The position numbers and the translations under genes are program-made. A DNA stretch of 64,000 bases from Octopus sinensis (lineage: Eukaryota), in assembly GCF_006345805.1 (NCBI RefSeq), contig NC_043020.1, forward strand, positions 12,586,001 to 12,650,000. Direction: 5' to 3'. Positions 23,481-36,199 of this stretch are shown here, one piece after another (the first letter of the stretch is position 1; each line of letters opens with the position of its first letter). The notes beneath the pieces are model-generated. The model saw only the letters and a program-made list of their open reading frames with translations. It had not been told where the DNA came from and ran no database searches.

Positions 23481-23822
23481 TTAAATTAAAATACATGAGC
23501 AGCAACAGTTCTCACATCGACAATGCTCTTCTCAATACGTGTGATGTACCAGTTAAGACAATCTTTTGCACTTCTTGCAGGGATGGTAAGCCAGGGATCA
23601 TTCTCATATAATTTTCGGTTCCCTTCTTGATCATTCCTAGTGCTCCTACGATCACTGGTATTGTAACCGCCTTGAGATGCCACATTTTCTCAATTTCAAT
23701 GAGTAGGTCTTTATATTTTCTGAGCTTGTCAAACTCTTTCGCTGAGATATTATGATCACAGGGGATGCTCATGTCGATCAATAAGCAAACTTTATTGTTT
23801 TGGTCTTTCACAACAATATCTG
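23333..23822 (-). mobile_element. R4/Dong-type element, 3' part (REL endonuclease end plus 3'UTR)
   Basis: DIVVKDQNNKVCLLIDMSIP...KEFDKLRKYKDL...IPVIVGALG...QKIVLTGTSHVLRRALSM, then (TAA)n. Confidence 0.88.
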
Positions 23823-26800
23823 TCCCTCATCCCAGGGTCTCAGAGGCCCACACCTCCCACACCCTCAGGGTGGGCACCCTCAACGTTGGCACATTGAAAG
23901 GTAGGTCTGGCGAGATAGTCGAGATGCTTGAACGGAGACGTGTTGATGTATGTTGTATGCAAGAAATAAGGTGGAGAGGAGGATCTGCTAGGGTCCTCAC
24001 AGGCAAGGAACACAGGTACAAGATTTTCTGGGCAGGGAACACTGACGGGGTTGGTGGCGTGGGTATACTTATCGCTGAGAAATGGATAGATAGAGTAATT
24101 GAGGTAATCAGAGTAAGTGACAGAATACTTAAGATTAGAATAGTGCTTCATAATAGATTAGCAACCATTATATCGGCCTATGCCCCTCAGCCAGGGCTAC
24201 CCGATGGACAGAAAGACAGTTTCTATGACACCCTACTGCAGACCACCTCATCGACGAACGACAGGGACCTTCTCTTTGTGGCTGGTGATTTCAATGGGCA
24301 TGTTGGACGACATGCTGGGGGCTTCCATGGCGTACATGGAGGCTACGGTTTGGTTCCCGCAACGAGGAGGGAACCAGGCTGCTGGAGTTCTGCGATGCGA
24401 ATAGTCTTATGGTCTGCAACACTAACTTCAGGAAACCAACAAGCCACCTGGTCACCTACCGATCGGGCCGGCATACTAGCCAAATCGACTACATCCTTGC
24501 CAGAAAAAGGGAAAGATGGCTGCTTATAAATGCCAAAACCTTCCCAGGCGAAGAATGCACCCCACAACATAGACTGGTAGTTAGTGACTTTAGGATCAGG
24601 ACTAAGAGGGCGACTAGAAGACGACCAACATGGAGAAGAAGGGTCTGGAAGCTTAAAGCCCCTGCGAATGGACAGAGATTTAGAGATATGTTACTTGAAG
24701 CCTTTGACGAAGTGGAAGGGGGTATAGCTACACATGGGGTAGAAGACAACTGGACGTTTCTGAGGGACAACCTGCTGAAAGCCGCTGACCAGATCTGTGG
24801 CTGGTGCAAAGTCCCCTTAAGACCCAAAATAACGTGGTGGTGGAACAATATTGTTGACAGGGCTATTAGACAAAAGAAACAGGCTTGGAAGGCCTGGAAG
24901 AACGGTGGTAGCAGGGAAGGGTATCAGACTGCCAGAAGGGAAGCTAGGAGACAGGTCTATCTAGCCAGAGGGGAAGCAGATAAGAGAAAATTTGCCAATG
25001 TCCTGCGCTGTGAGGATGAAAGACTTGAGGTATTTCGTGTTGCAAGACAGTGTGTGAGAGAGAATCGTGATGTGGTAGGAGAGAAATGTGTTCGCATGGA
25101 GGATGGTTCACTTGCGCTAAATGAGGATGCAAAGAGAGAAGCTTGGAGACGCCACTATGAAAGGTTACTGAATGAGAAAATGAATGGGATAAAGAGAGTC
25201 TGCCGAATGTTGACCCTACAGAGGGACCAGCTATCCGAGTTGATAGTTCCGTGGTAGCTAAGGCAATTAGAAGCATGAAGACAGGGAAAGCCCCAGGCCC
25301 ATCAGGAATTACTGCAGAGATGCTCAAAATATCTGGCAGTGTCGGCTATAACCTAGTCACCCGTATAGTCAACCAGGTGATACACGAAGGAGTCATACCC
25401 AATGACTGGTGTAGCAGCATACTAGTCAACTGCTACAAAGGTAAAGGTGATGCCCTAGATACAATAATTACAGAGGTATCAAGCTGTTGGATCAAGTAAT
25501 GAAGGTTACGGAGAGGGTCATAGCCCAACTAATTAGAGAGAGAGTTAGTTTAGATGAGATGTGAGTTGGGTTCGTGCCAGGGAAAAGTACCACTGATGCT
25601 ATATTCCTGGTAAGGCAGCTGCAGGAAATACCTAGCCAAGATAAGCCCCTGTACCTGGCTTTCGTTGACATGGAGAAAGCTTTTGATAGGGTCCCCGATC
25701 CCTTATCTGGTGGTCAATGAGGAAACTAGGGATAGATGAATGGCTGGTGAGGACTGTGCAAGCCATGTACAGAGATGCCGTAAGTAAGGTTAGGGTTGGC
25801 AACATGTACACAGAAGAATTCAAAGTAGAGGTTGGGGTCCACCAGGGTTCAGTACTCAGCCCCCTCCTATTTATCATAGTACTCCAGGCAATTACGGAGG
25901 AATTCAAGACAGGCTGTCCCTGGGAGCTCCTCTACGCTGACGACCTTGCTCTTATTGCTGAGTCACTATCAGAACTGGAGGAGAAGTTCCAGGTGTGGAA
26001 GGAGGGTTTAGAATCAAGGGGCCTTAGAGTCAACCTAGCTAAAACCAAAGTACTAATAAGTAGAAAGGTAACAATCCACAAATATCTTCAGGAAGATGGC
26101 CCTGCTCGATCTGTAGAAAAGGTGTAGGTAGAAACTCTATAAGATGTACCCAGTGTAAGCTATGGACACATAAGAGGTGCAGCAATGTCAAAGGTAGGCT
26201 AACTGGGAAGATAGTTTTTGTATGTGGCAGATGCTCGGGAGCATTAACCTCCGAAAATCTGCAGAAAACAACTTCCGTCACTTTCCAGGGGGAAAACTAG
26301 AAGTAGTTGATAGCTTCCGTTATCTAGGTGACCAAGTCAGTAGTGGGGGTGGGTGCACTGAAAGTGTAACTGCTAGAATAAGAATAGCCTGGGCAAAGTT
26401 TAGGGAGCTCTTACCTCTGCTGGTGACTAAAGGCCTCTCGCTCAGAGTAAAAGGCAGACTGTATGATGCGTGTGTACGAACAGCCATGCTACATGGCAGC
26501 GAAACATGGGCCGTGACTGCTGAGGACATGCGTAAGCTCGTGAGGAATAAAGCCAGTATGCTCCGATGGATGTGTAATGTCAGTGTACATACTCGACAGA
26601 GCGTTAGCACCTTGAGAGAAATGTTGTACCTAAGAAGCATCAGTTGTGGTGTGCAAGAGAGACGATTGCGCTGGTATGGTCATGTGGCGAGAATGGATGA
26701 AGATAGGTGTGTGAGAAAGTGCCAATCCCTAGCAGTTGAGGGAACCCGTGGAAGAGGTAGACCCAGGAAAACCTGGGACGAGGTTGTGAAGCACGACCTT

Positions 26801-27540
26801 CGAACTTTAGGCCTCACTGAGGAAATGACCAGAGACCGAGACCTTTGGAAATATTCTGTACGTGAGAAGACCAGGCAGGACAAGTGAGCCCAGCCCACTT
26901 ATGAATGCCTTTCCTCCCTTGGACACAAAGACCGGTTGAGGCAAGCGAAGTCGATATAGAACCTCATCCGACGACAGACACCCATGCCAACCCCCCATGC
27001 TTGCGAAGACATGTTGGGGCAAGCGAAATCGAAACCGAATTGAACCAGCCAGGATCCCTGGCCTGGTGGTACGTAAAAAGCACTATCCGACTCGTGGCCG
27101 TGGCACGTAAAATACTCCAATGCGACCGTACGACAGGCACCCATGCCAACCCCCTTGCTTGTGAAGACATGTTGGGGCAAGCGAAATCGAAATCGAATTG
27201 AACCAGCCAGGATCCCTGGTCTGGTGGTACGTAAAAAGCACTATCCGACTCGTGGCCGATGCCAGCACCGCCTCGACTGGCTTCCGTGCCGGTGGCACAT
27301 AAAATACACCAATCTGACCGTGGCCGTTGCCAGCCCCGCCTGGCACCTGTGCAGGTGGCACGTAAAAAGCACCCACTACACTCATGGAGTGGTTGGCGTT
27401 AGGAAGGGCATCCAGCTGTAGAAAACATTGCCAGATTAGACTGGAGCCTGGTGCAGCCTTCTGGCTTCCCAGAACCCCGGTCGAACCGTCCAACCCATGC
27501 TAGCATGGAGAACGGACGTTAAACGACGATGATGATGATG
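23823..27540 (+). mobile_element. Near-full-length RTE-clade LINE (APE endonuclease, RT, PHD-like finger, modular 3'UTR, (GAT)n tail) with multiple frameshifts
   Basis: GTLNVGTL, CCMQEIRW, YAPQ, AGDFNGHVG, QIDYIL; DMEKAFDRV, GVHQGSVLSPLLF, LLYADDL, FRYLGD; TSD ATCTG at 23818-23822 and 27541-27545. Confidence 0.95.
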
Positions 27541-27711
27541 ATCTGGTTTATTGGCCTTGATGGTTCGGTCTGTATGTACTGGAAAGTCCCACAGAATGGT
27601 TACATTTTCTCCTTCAGTTACAGCCTCAGGGTGGTGATTATACCACTTGTCGGCAGTTTTGATATTGTAATGCCGACTTATTAGCCAGTGGAGATATTGG
27701 CCAACTCTGTC
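27541..27711 (-). mobile_element. R4/Dong-type element, 5'-truncated upstream part
   Basis: DRVGQYLHWLISRHYNIKTADKWYNHHPEAVTEGENVTILWDFPVHTDRTIKANKPD, continuing in frame into 23822. Confidence 0.9.
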
Positions 27712-27790
27712 ATTATTATTATCATCATTATTATTATCATTATTATTATTATTATTATTATCATCATTATTATTATCATCATTATTATTA

Positions 27791-27831
<41 letters not shown>

Positions 27832-27910
27832 ATTATTCAGGTCACTGCCTGGAATCGAACTCGGAATCTTGAGGTTAGTAGCCTGTACTCTTAACCACTA
27901 CGCCATATGC
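27712..27910 (-). mobile_element. SINE D tRNA-like head (27836-27910) and (AAT)n linker
   Basis: Reverse complement gcatatggcgtagtggttaagagtacaggctactaacc...gttcgattccaggcagtgacctgaa matches 3451-3525. Confidence 0.82.
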
Positions 27911-28140
27911 TGTCAGAGAATAGACAGACCCAATGCTTCCTCCGCATGTCATAAAAGGCAAGTAAATGAGGTTGAGATAAGGTTTACACTCCAACCTCGT
28001 AAAACCTTCACCAACAACGACAACCCAAACAGACCCATGGATTGGAGGGCTGTCACCTGAATGGTGCAAAGGGGTCATCTGCCAGGAGTAATAGAATCAC
28101 CAATGGATCACCAACATACTGTTTCAGGGCAAGCCTCCAT

Positions 28141-28222
28141 ACTATTACTACTACTACTACCACCACCACCACCACCACCACTACTACTACCACCACCACC
28201 ACCACCACTACTACTACTACTA

Positions 28223-28259
<37 letters not shown>

Positions 28260-28662
28260 CACTACTACGACTACTACCACCACCACCACTACTACTACCA
28301 ACACCACCACCACCACTACTACTACAACCACCACCACCACCACTACCACCACCACCACCACCACCACTACTACCACCACCACCACCACTACTACTACTAC
28401 CACCACCACCACCACTACTACTACTACCACCACCACCACTACCACCACCACCACCACCACCACTACCACCACCCCACCACCACCACCACCACTACCACCA
28501 CCACCACCACCACTACTACTACCACCACCACCACCACCACCACTACTACTACTACCACCACCACCACCACCACCACCACTACTACTACCACCACCACCAC
28601 CACTACTACCACCACCACCACCACCACCACCACTACTACTACCACCACCACCACCACTACTA

Positions 28663-28745
<83 letters not shown>
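28141..28745. repeat. (CAC)n/(TAC)n/(CTG)n triplet array
   Basis: Direct inspection. Confidence 0.95.
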
Positions 28746-29037
28746 TGTTTCTTTGTTTGTTGAGTGAAGCGGTCTTCGTCCCAGAGTGTAGTGGGAGAAG
28801 TCCGAAACGTGGTCCTTTGCTATTCGTAAGACCCCGCAGAAGAGAAAGCAGGTCAACAACCCCCGACACCGAGAGCATCGACGGATGGATGAATGCGCAT
28901 CCAGGCCTCAGCGGTTGCATAGGAAGTCGGGGGACAAGAAACAGGAAGAAAGAATGAGAGAAAGTTGGAGCGAAAGAGTACAACAGGGGTCGCCACCCCA
29001 CCCCCTGCTGGAGCCTCATGGAGCTTTAGGTGTTTTC
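28746..29037 (-). mobile_element. SINE family B variant with a third type of 3' tail
   Basis: Central domain aaaacacctaaagctccatgaggctccagcagg...actctttcgctccaactttctctc shared with SINE B. Confidence 0.6.
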
Positions 29038-30250
29038 GCACTGCTGCTGCTGCCACTACTACTACAACTACTACTACCACTACCACTGCTACTATCACCA
29101 CCACCACCACTACTACTATTACTACTACAACTACTACTACCACACTTACTACTACTACCATCACAACTACTACCACTACAACTACTACCATCACCACTAC
29201 CACCACTACTACAACTACTACTATCATCACAACTACTATCACCACCACTACCACTATTACTACTACCATCACCACTACCACTACTACTACAACTACTACC
29301 ACCACTACTACAACTACTACCACCACACTTACTACTACTATCATCACAACTACTACCACCACCACTACCACTATTACTACTACCATCACCACTACCACTA
29401 CTACTACAACTACTAGCACCACTACTACAACTACTACCACCACACTTACTACTACTATCATCACAACTACTACCACCACCACTACCACTATTACTACTAC
29501 CATCACCACTACCACTACTACTACAACTACTACCACCACTACTACAACTACTACCACCACACTTACTACTACTATCATCACAACTACTACCACCACCACT
29601 ACCACTATTACTACTACCATCACCACTACCACTACTACTACAACTACTAGCACCACTACTACAACTACTACCACCACACTTACTACTACTATCATCACAA
29701 CTACTACCACCACCACTACCACTATTACTACTACCATCACCACTACCACTACCACTACTACAACTACTACCACCACACTTACTACTACTATCATCACAAC
29801 TACTACCACTACCACTACCACTACTACAACTACTACCACCACACTTACTACTACTATCATCACAACTACTACCACCACCACTACCACTATTACTACTACC
29901 ATCACCACTACCACTACTACTACAACTACTACCACTACCACTACTACAACTACTACCACCACACTTACTACTACTATCATCACAACTACTACCACCACCA
30001 CTACCACTACTACAACTACTACTATCATCACAACTACTACCACCACCACTACCACTACTACAACTACTACCACCACTACTACAACTACTACTATCATCAC
30101 AACTACTACCACCACCACTACCACTATTACTACTACCATCACCACTACCACTACTACAACTACTACCACCACACTTACTACTACAATCATCACAACTACT
30201 ACCACCACCACTACCACTATTACTACTACCACTACCACTACCACTACTAA
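29038..30250. repeat. (CAC/TAC/AAC)n array with a higher-order repeat of about 117-120 bp
   Basis: The cacactt landmark recurs at roughly regular spacing. Confidence 0.9.
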
Positions 30251-30293
30251 TGATAACTAAGTTATTTTACTAAATTCTTTGTTATATTTAGAA

Positions 30294-30691
30294 CTAGCAG
30301 TATCGCCCGGCGTTGCTCGGGTTTGTAAGGGAAATAACTATATAAGCATTTTTAGAGATGTAAAGTATAATAGCCATCTTAACATGGCTAACCACAAAGG
30401 GGGAGTGTTACTGTAGCTTTTTATGTTCTGAGATTTAATAATACATTTTTAGAGAGTTACTTCCCTTATATAATAGCAAAAAAATGCATTAAAATGGGAA
30501 AAAATGATGGTAAATTTTTTTTTAAATCGTAGACTCATCGTAGACGCGCGCTAATACCCAGAAGGGCTCGAAATGAATCAAGACTATAAGATACCCGCTT
30601 TTGGTTAAACTGCACCACAAAATGTGGGAGTAGTTAGGAATCTAAATCGTAGGAGACAGACAGCACACAACCTCACTTTTATATATAAAGA
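30294..30691 (-). mobile_element. Non-autonomous Helitron H2
   Basis: A|TCTTTATATATAAAAG...CCCGAGCAACGCCGGGCGATACTGCTAG|T; no TSD. Confidence 0.88.
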
Positions 30692-30866
30692 TTAATTAAA
30701 AGAAACAGGGCATCTCAACAGAAATATAGTAACAAAAGGATCAAACATGGGATATAGCACAGTACCAAAGAAAGGATTTGAACCATGAATGCTTTGGTAA
30801 ATATTCCAACATGGCATTGATTCAGAAACATTTTTACAAAGATATAAAAGAACAAGTTTTACTCAC

Positions 30867-30934
30867 AAAGCACGCTTTTCATGCGGTTTATTAACGCTCC
30901 AGGCAAACTGACATAATTGGCGAGCTTGACATAA
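30867..30934 (-). CDS. GSAP: GSAP exon 19 (68 nt, phase 0-2; LCQARQLCQFAWSVNKPHEKRA)
   Basis: Acceptor ttatttttaaag|, donor |gtgagt. Confidence 0.85.
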
Positions 30935-31059
30935 CTTTAAAAATAAAAAAACAATTAACAAAAATTATTAATTTTTGAATAATTACAAAGAAAATATTGA
31001 TATTTCTATATCATTTTTACTATCATTGTTAACATCATCATCATTATTATTATTAGCAT

Positions 31060-31470
31060 TAGGAGTGGCTGAGTGGTAAGTAGCTTGCTTACGAACCACA
31101 TGGTTCCGGGTTCAGTCCCACTGCGTGGCACCTTGGGCAAGTGTCTTCTACTATAGCCTCGGGCCGACCAAAGCCTTGTGAGTGGATTTGGTAGACGGAA
31201 ACTGAAAGAAGCCCGTCGTATATATGTATATATATATATATATGTGTGTGTGCGTGTATGTTTGTGTGTCAGTGTTTGTCCCCCTAGTATTGCTTGACAA
31301 CCGATGCTGGTGTGTTTACGTCCCCGTCACTTAGCGGTTCGGCAAAAGAGACCGATAGAATAAGTACTGGGCTTACAAAAGAATAAGTCCCGGGGTCGAT
31401 TTGCTCGACTAAAAGGTGGTGCTCCAGCATGGCCACAGTCAAATGACTGAAACAAGTAAAAGAGTAAAAG
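31060..31470 (+). mobile_element. SINE family A
   Basis: Full copy. Confidence 0.87.
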
Positions 31471-31823
31471 AGAGAGAGAGTGCTATTACATCTCCATATT
31501 GTTATCATTATCCTCCTCATCATCATATTTCTATATCATTATCATTACCATTATTATATTTCCATATAAGGCAGCAAGCTGGCAAAAGCATTAGCATGTC
31601 AGGCGAAATGCTTAGCAGTATTTCATCTGCCGCTACATCCTGAGTTCAAATTCCACCGAGGACAAATTTGCCTTTCATTCAGGGTCGATAAATTATCATA
31701 TTTTAACATGTATAGGGAACCCTTTTTTGTCAAAAATTAGGTTAAAAAAATATAGTGGCTGTGTGGTAAGGAAACTGGAAACCGGCCCTTATGAGCCAGG
31801 CATGGCTTGAGAAGGAACAAACA

Positions 31824-31866
<43 letters not shown>

Positions 31867-31867
<1 letters not shown>

Positions 31868-32268
31868 TAGCAGTATCGCCCAGCATTGCTCGGGTTTGTA
31901 AGGGAAATAACTATATAAGCATTTTTAGAGAGTTATAGCCAAAAAGTAGCAAAAAAATGCATTAAAAATGGAAAACAAATTATGGTAATTTTTTTTTTTA
32001 ATCATTGACTCATCGTAGACATTTTTAGAGAGTTACTTACCTTATATAATAGCGAAAAAAATGCATTAAAGTGGAAAAAAATTATGGTAAATTATTTTTA
32101 AATCGTAGACTCATCGTAGACACGCGCTAATACCCAGAAGGGCTCGATATGAATCACGACTATAAGATACCCGGTTTTGGTTAAACTGCACCGCAAAATG
32201 TGGGAGTAGTTAGGAATCTAAATCGTAGGAGACAGACACTCACACAACTACAGTTTTATATATAAAGA
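31867..32268 (-). mobile_element. Non-autonomous Helitron H3
   Basis: TC...CTAG termini between A and T, inside (TA)n. Confidence 0.88.
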
Positions 32269-32979
32269 TGTATATATATATATATATATATATACAAGAC
32301 AGGCTACTTTCAGTTTCTGCCAACCAAATCTACTCACAAAGATTTGGTTAGTCCATGGCCATAGTAGAAGACACTTGCCCATGGTGTCACAGTGGGACTG
32401 AAACCAGAACCATATGGTTAGAAAGCAAGCTTCTTACCACAAAGCCATGCCTATTATATTTTTATATTATCATCATCATCATCAGTAGTAGGAGGAGGAG
32501 GAGGGTAGTGGGCTGGTATAATCATTAGTGTGTTGAAAAAAAAGTTCTGTCTTACTCCAGATTTTTACATCCTGAGAGAAAATCTTGCTGAGGTAAAGTT
32601 TGACCTTCGTTACCTCAAGGTACTGGTATTGATGGTATAAACGAATCCCATCCCCTTAATATTGCTGGACCTTGTGCCTAAATTACAAACTACATAATCG
32701 GAGGTGGTCTACAAGGAGTTACAAGTCGTTACAACTCCTCAAGGACACAAGGCCATCCCAGTGCTGAGTCCATTGTGGACCCCCACCCCTGAGTTGAAAC
32801 TAATAAGACTTAAGAAATCCATAAGAAAGGAAGGTGGTGTATAGCAGCAGGCCCCTGTTTCCAGATCCCTACAAGTCACGGTTCTGGAAACGGCAGAAGA
32901 GGTTACCTGATGATCAGTGTAGGACCCTTTGTCCCCTACCATAGCAACCAGTAATATCACCCCCAATGTCTTGCGGGTA

Positions 32980-33491
32980 CCATAAATCCTCGAGTATAAT
33001 CCACCCTTGAGTTTAACACGCAGGGGACTTTTAGGGGGCTGTACCTCTGAAAAACCAAACCTTGTATATAATACGCACTCCTTCTCTAACTTGAGTCAAG
33101 GAGGTCTATATAACGTCCTTGGTTTGTAAAAATGTATGCGGTAACATCTTTTATTATTATTGTATATATAACATAATGCAAACATGCAGCTTTTTTGTGA
33201 ATTTTGTTTGCAGAAAATAAAGAAATAACAGTAATAATGTTTAATAAATGTTGCTTACTGCAAGTTATGGATGATTCTTTTATGACTTCATTGCTTTCAG
33301 GCTTAGCTTAAGGTATTTTCGTGTCCGACATCACAAAATGTATCTGAATAAACATTGATGGACAGGAAATAGAGCCTCGGACATTGCTTAGAAGATATTT
33401 TTCATTTTTAACCTCGTATATAGTATGCACTAGGGATTTTGACCTTTAAATTTTGGGGGAAAAAATGCGGATTATACACGAGGATTTACGG
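32980..33491. mobile_element. Tc1/mariner-pogo-type MITE
   Basis: TA|ccataaatcctcgagtataatcc ... ggattatacacgaggatttacgg|TA. Confidence 0.8.
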
Positions 33492-33640
33492 TAAAAGCTG
33501 AGCTTCACAAAGGTGTCCATGAAATGAAACAACTGGTAAGATACCATGTGGGAGAGGATCTGTGTAAACATGGAAAGACAGACATAAAAATGATCATGAT
33601 GGTGGTGGTGGTGGTGGTGGTGATGGGAGAAGGCACTCAC

Positions 33641-33736
33641 CTGACTGGCAACGTATTCCTTGGCAATGTTCTCCAACTTTACCTGAGGTTCTGTTTTCCG
33701 GAATTTTATAAGAAATTCAGTGAAAGCTTCTTTTGT
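33641..33736 (-). CDS. GSAP: GSAP exon 18 (96 nt, phase 0-0; TKEAFTEFLIKFRKTEPQVKLENIAKEYVASQ)
   Basis: Acceptor ccatctgtctttag|, donor |gtgagt; resembles the recalled KKIEQMVLDYISKL. Confidence 0.88.
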
Positions 33737-33811
33737 CTAAAGACAGATGGAAAAATAAAATATTTCAAAATGTTTACAAGAATTTCTAAGTACTAAAGAA
33801 GTAACGGAGCA

Positions 33812-33850
<39 letters not shown>

Positions 33851-33889
33851 TGCAACTCTATCTTTCCCTCTCTCTCTCCTCTTTGGTCC

Positions 33890-34170
33890 TCACGCTGAGA
33901 GTTGCTGAAGCATGGAACAAACTGCCGGCATCAGTTGTTAGTTGTCGGAGCACTGCATCCTTCAAAACATCCATGCTTTCTGAGATTCGCCAACACTACA
34001 CCTGATTTTCTCCCCTCCATACACACACACAAACATGTATCTGACTCATACACTGTTCGCTTCCCAGACATTTGTACATTACTGCATATACTCTATATGC
34101 ACTTTCTGACAAGTTGTGGTGCACCTGAGAACTGTATACAATATTTTCATTATCATTATTATTATCACAT
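33890..34170 (+). mobile_element. CR1 3'-end fragment
   Basis: Matches the minus-strand copy at 17888-18170. Confidence 0.8.
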
Positions 34171-34467
34171 GATGGTTATAAGTGAATGTCCTCATCGTAA
34201 AAACTGCCATTCATTTCCAACCTTCTGTGGAAAACATGTCTGGAAAACAGGTGAGGAAGGATTGGTGACAGGAAGGGCATCCAGCCATAGGAAATCTGCC
34301 TCAAAAATTTCTGTCTGACCAATGCAAGTATGGGAAAACGGCTATTGAAAGAATAATGACAATGGTGGTGGTGGTGGTGGTGGTGGTGGTGGTGGTGACA
34401 ATGACAAATAATTGTGGTGATTGCAATGGTAATGATGATGATGATGATAGCTACTCAACAGACTTAC

Positions 34468-34597
34468 CAAAAGCATTAGAATCCCATATTGCTTGGTGAG
34501 TTTGGTGGTTTCAAGAAAATGTGGCAAAGCACCGAGAACTGAATATGGATGATGGGTTCTGGTAGAATCCACTTCAGATTCAGAAGAACTCGGTTCT
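34468..34597 (-). CDS. GSAP: GSAP exon 17 (130 nt, phase 2-0; EPSSSESEVDSTRTHHPYSVLGALPHFLETTKLTKQYGILMLL)
   Basis: Acceptor tttttttgcag|, donor |gtaagt. Confidence 0.86.
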
Positions 34598-35244
34598 CTG
34601 CAAAAAAATAAATAAATAAATAAAAAAAAAATAAAAAATAAAAATTTAAAAAATAAATAAAAAATAAAAATAAATAAATAAAAATAAAAAATAAAAAAAT
34701 AAATAAAAAATAAAAAATAAAAACATGAACAGCAAAGCTAAGGATTCTCTTGATAAAGATATGGCTACCTTGAACTATAGGGTTCCCGTTCCTGCCATTT
34801 ACCACCACCACACCACTGTGATTTTGTACCGCAAACCTTCAAGCCACCTTCAGCCTAGCTCCTGTGGAGGGCACCCTTGAGGCCTTTGGCCCTGCTATAG
34901 GGCTGCTTTGCGGCCCTCTTCCCATGTGTAATAAAACTTATTTCTGCAAATGTGCTAAGTACTGATGCTAATCATAGTTTAATCAATAAGTGTAGGAGCA
35001 AGGTAAATGCAGTAAAAATAGAGGGGTCAGTGGGACTCCATTTAAGCGGCCCTTCAGAAATTGAACCCCCTTACAATACTCCCTGGGAGTTCATGGTATG
35101 AAATTCATTGTCACCAATGCCATATATTTAGTTTAAAATGCAGTGAAAATAGGAGGGCGAGTGGGGCCCCAATTAGGTGGCTTTTAAAAAAATAAACCCC
35201 TTAGGACATTCCCTGGGATTAGGGGAGTTGCTGGTTTGAGTTTC

Positions 35245-35410
35245 ATTGTCCTTGCAACCAGATATTGCTCCTTCGGATTTCCACTTATTCAGGTCTCTGC
35301 AGAATAGTCTTAATGGTAAAAATTTCAATTCTTGGATGACGTAAAAAGATACCTTGATGAATTCTTTGCCCTGAAACCATCCCATTTCTGGGAAGAGGGT
35401 ATTTTCAAGG
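35245..35410 (+). mobile_element. mariner transposase C-terminal fragment
   Basis: PDIAPSDFHLFRSLQNSLNGKNFNS...FWEEGIF. Confidence 0.75.
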
Positions 35411-35799
35411 TCCCCCACAACATTGCTTGACAACCAATGCTGGTGTGTTTACGTCCCTGTAACTTAGTGGTTCGGCAAAAGAGACCGATAGAATAAGTAC
35501 TAGGCTTACAAAGAATAAGTCCTGAGGTCGATTTGCTCGACGAAAAGGCTGTGCTCCAGCATGGCCACAGTCACATGGCTGAAACAAGTAAAAGAGTAAA
35601 AAGAGGGAGTATCGAATGATTATGAAGGTCCACCCAAGTAAAATAGGAACCGAAGGGGTTCCACAGGCAAAAAAATAGTTGAAAGCCACTGCTTCAGATT
35701 ATTCCTTCTCAGCCGACAGATAATCCCATCTTTAGTCTTTAGATAATCCTTTCTTAATCTACGGATAATTCCTCCCTCTTTATCCAATATGTATATTTC

Positions 35800-36028
35800 T
35801 TTACTACCCACAAGGGGCTAAACACAGAGGGGACAAACAAGGACAGACAAAGGGATTAAGTCGATTACATCGACCCCAGAACGTAACTGGTACTTATTTT
35901 ATCGACCCCGAAAGGATGAAAGGCAAAGTCGACCTCGGCGGAATTTGAACCCAGAACACGTAACGGCAGACGAAATATGGCTACGCATTTCGCCCAGCGT
36001 GCTAACGATTCTGCCAGCTCGCCGCCTT
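35800..36028 (-). mobile_element. SINE family C (Nin/Deu-like domain gtcgactttgcctttcatcctttcggggtcgataaa.taagtaccag)
   Basis: More than 15 copies in the window. Confidence 0.82.
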
Positions 36029-36090
36029 ATCTTTATCCAATATGTAGTCTTTCCTACAGGTAATCTATAAAAAAGGAAATCTCTTCTTAC

Positions 36091-36161
36091 CTGACAGACT
36101 GATTAGATATGAGTTTGGTGAGAAATATATTGCCATCAGTTACCTCCACTTCATTCAATTT
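36091..36161 (-). CDS. GSAP: GSAP exon 16 (71 nt, phase 0-2; KLNEVEVTDGNIFLTKLISNQSV)
   Basis: Acceptor tttctgtttcag|, donor |gtaaga. Confidence 0.85.
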
Positions 36162-36199
36162 CTGAAACAGAAATAGAAAATATGATGATGACAAGAATT

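Noticed and set aside
28755-28830. Hairpin followed by CGAAACGTG as another hammerhead
   Set aside because: There is no CUGANGA core in register and the cleavage position would be G.
28042-30273. Poly-Thr/Pro/Val mucin-like ORFs
   Set aside because: They are triplet arrays inside a GSAP intron with no splice or domain support.
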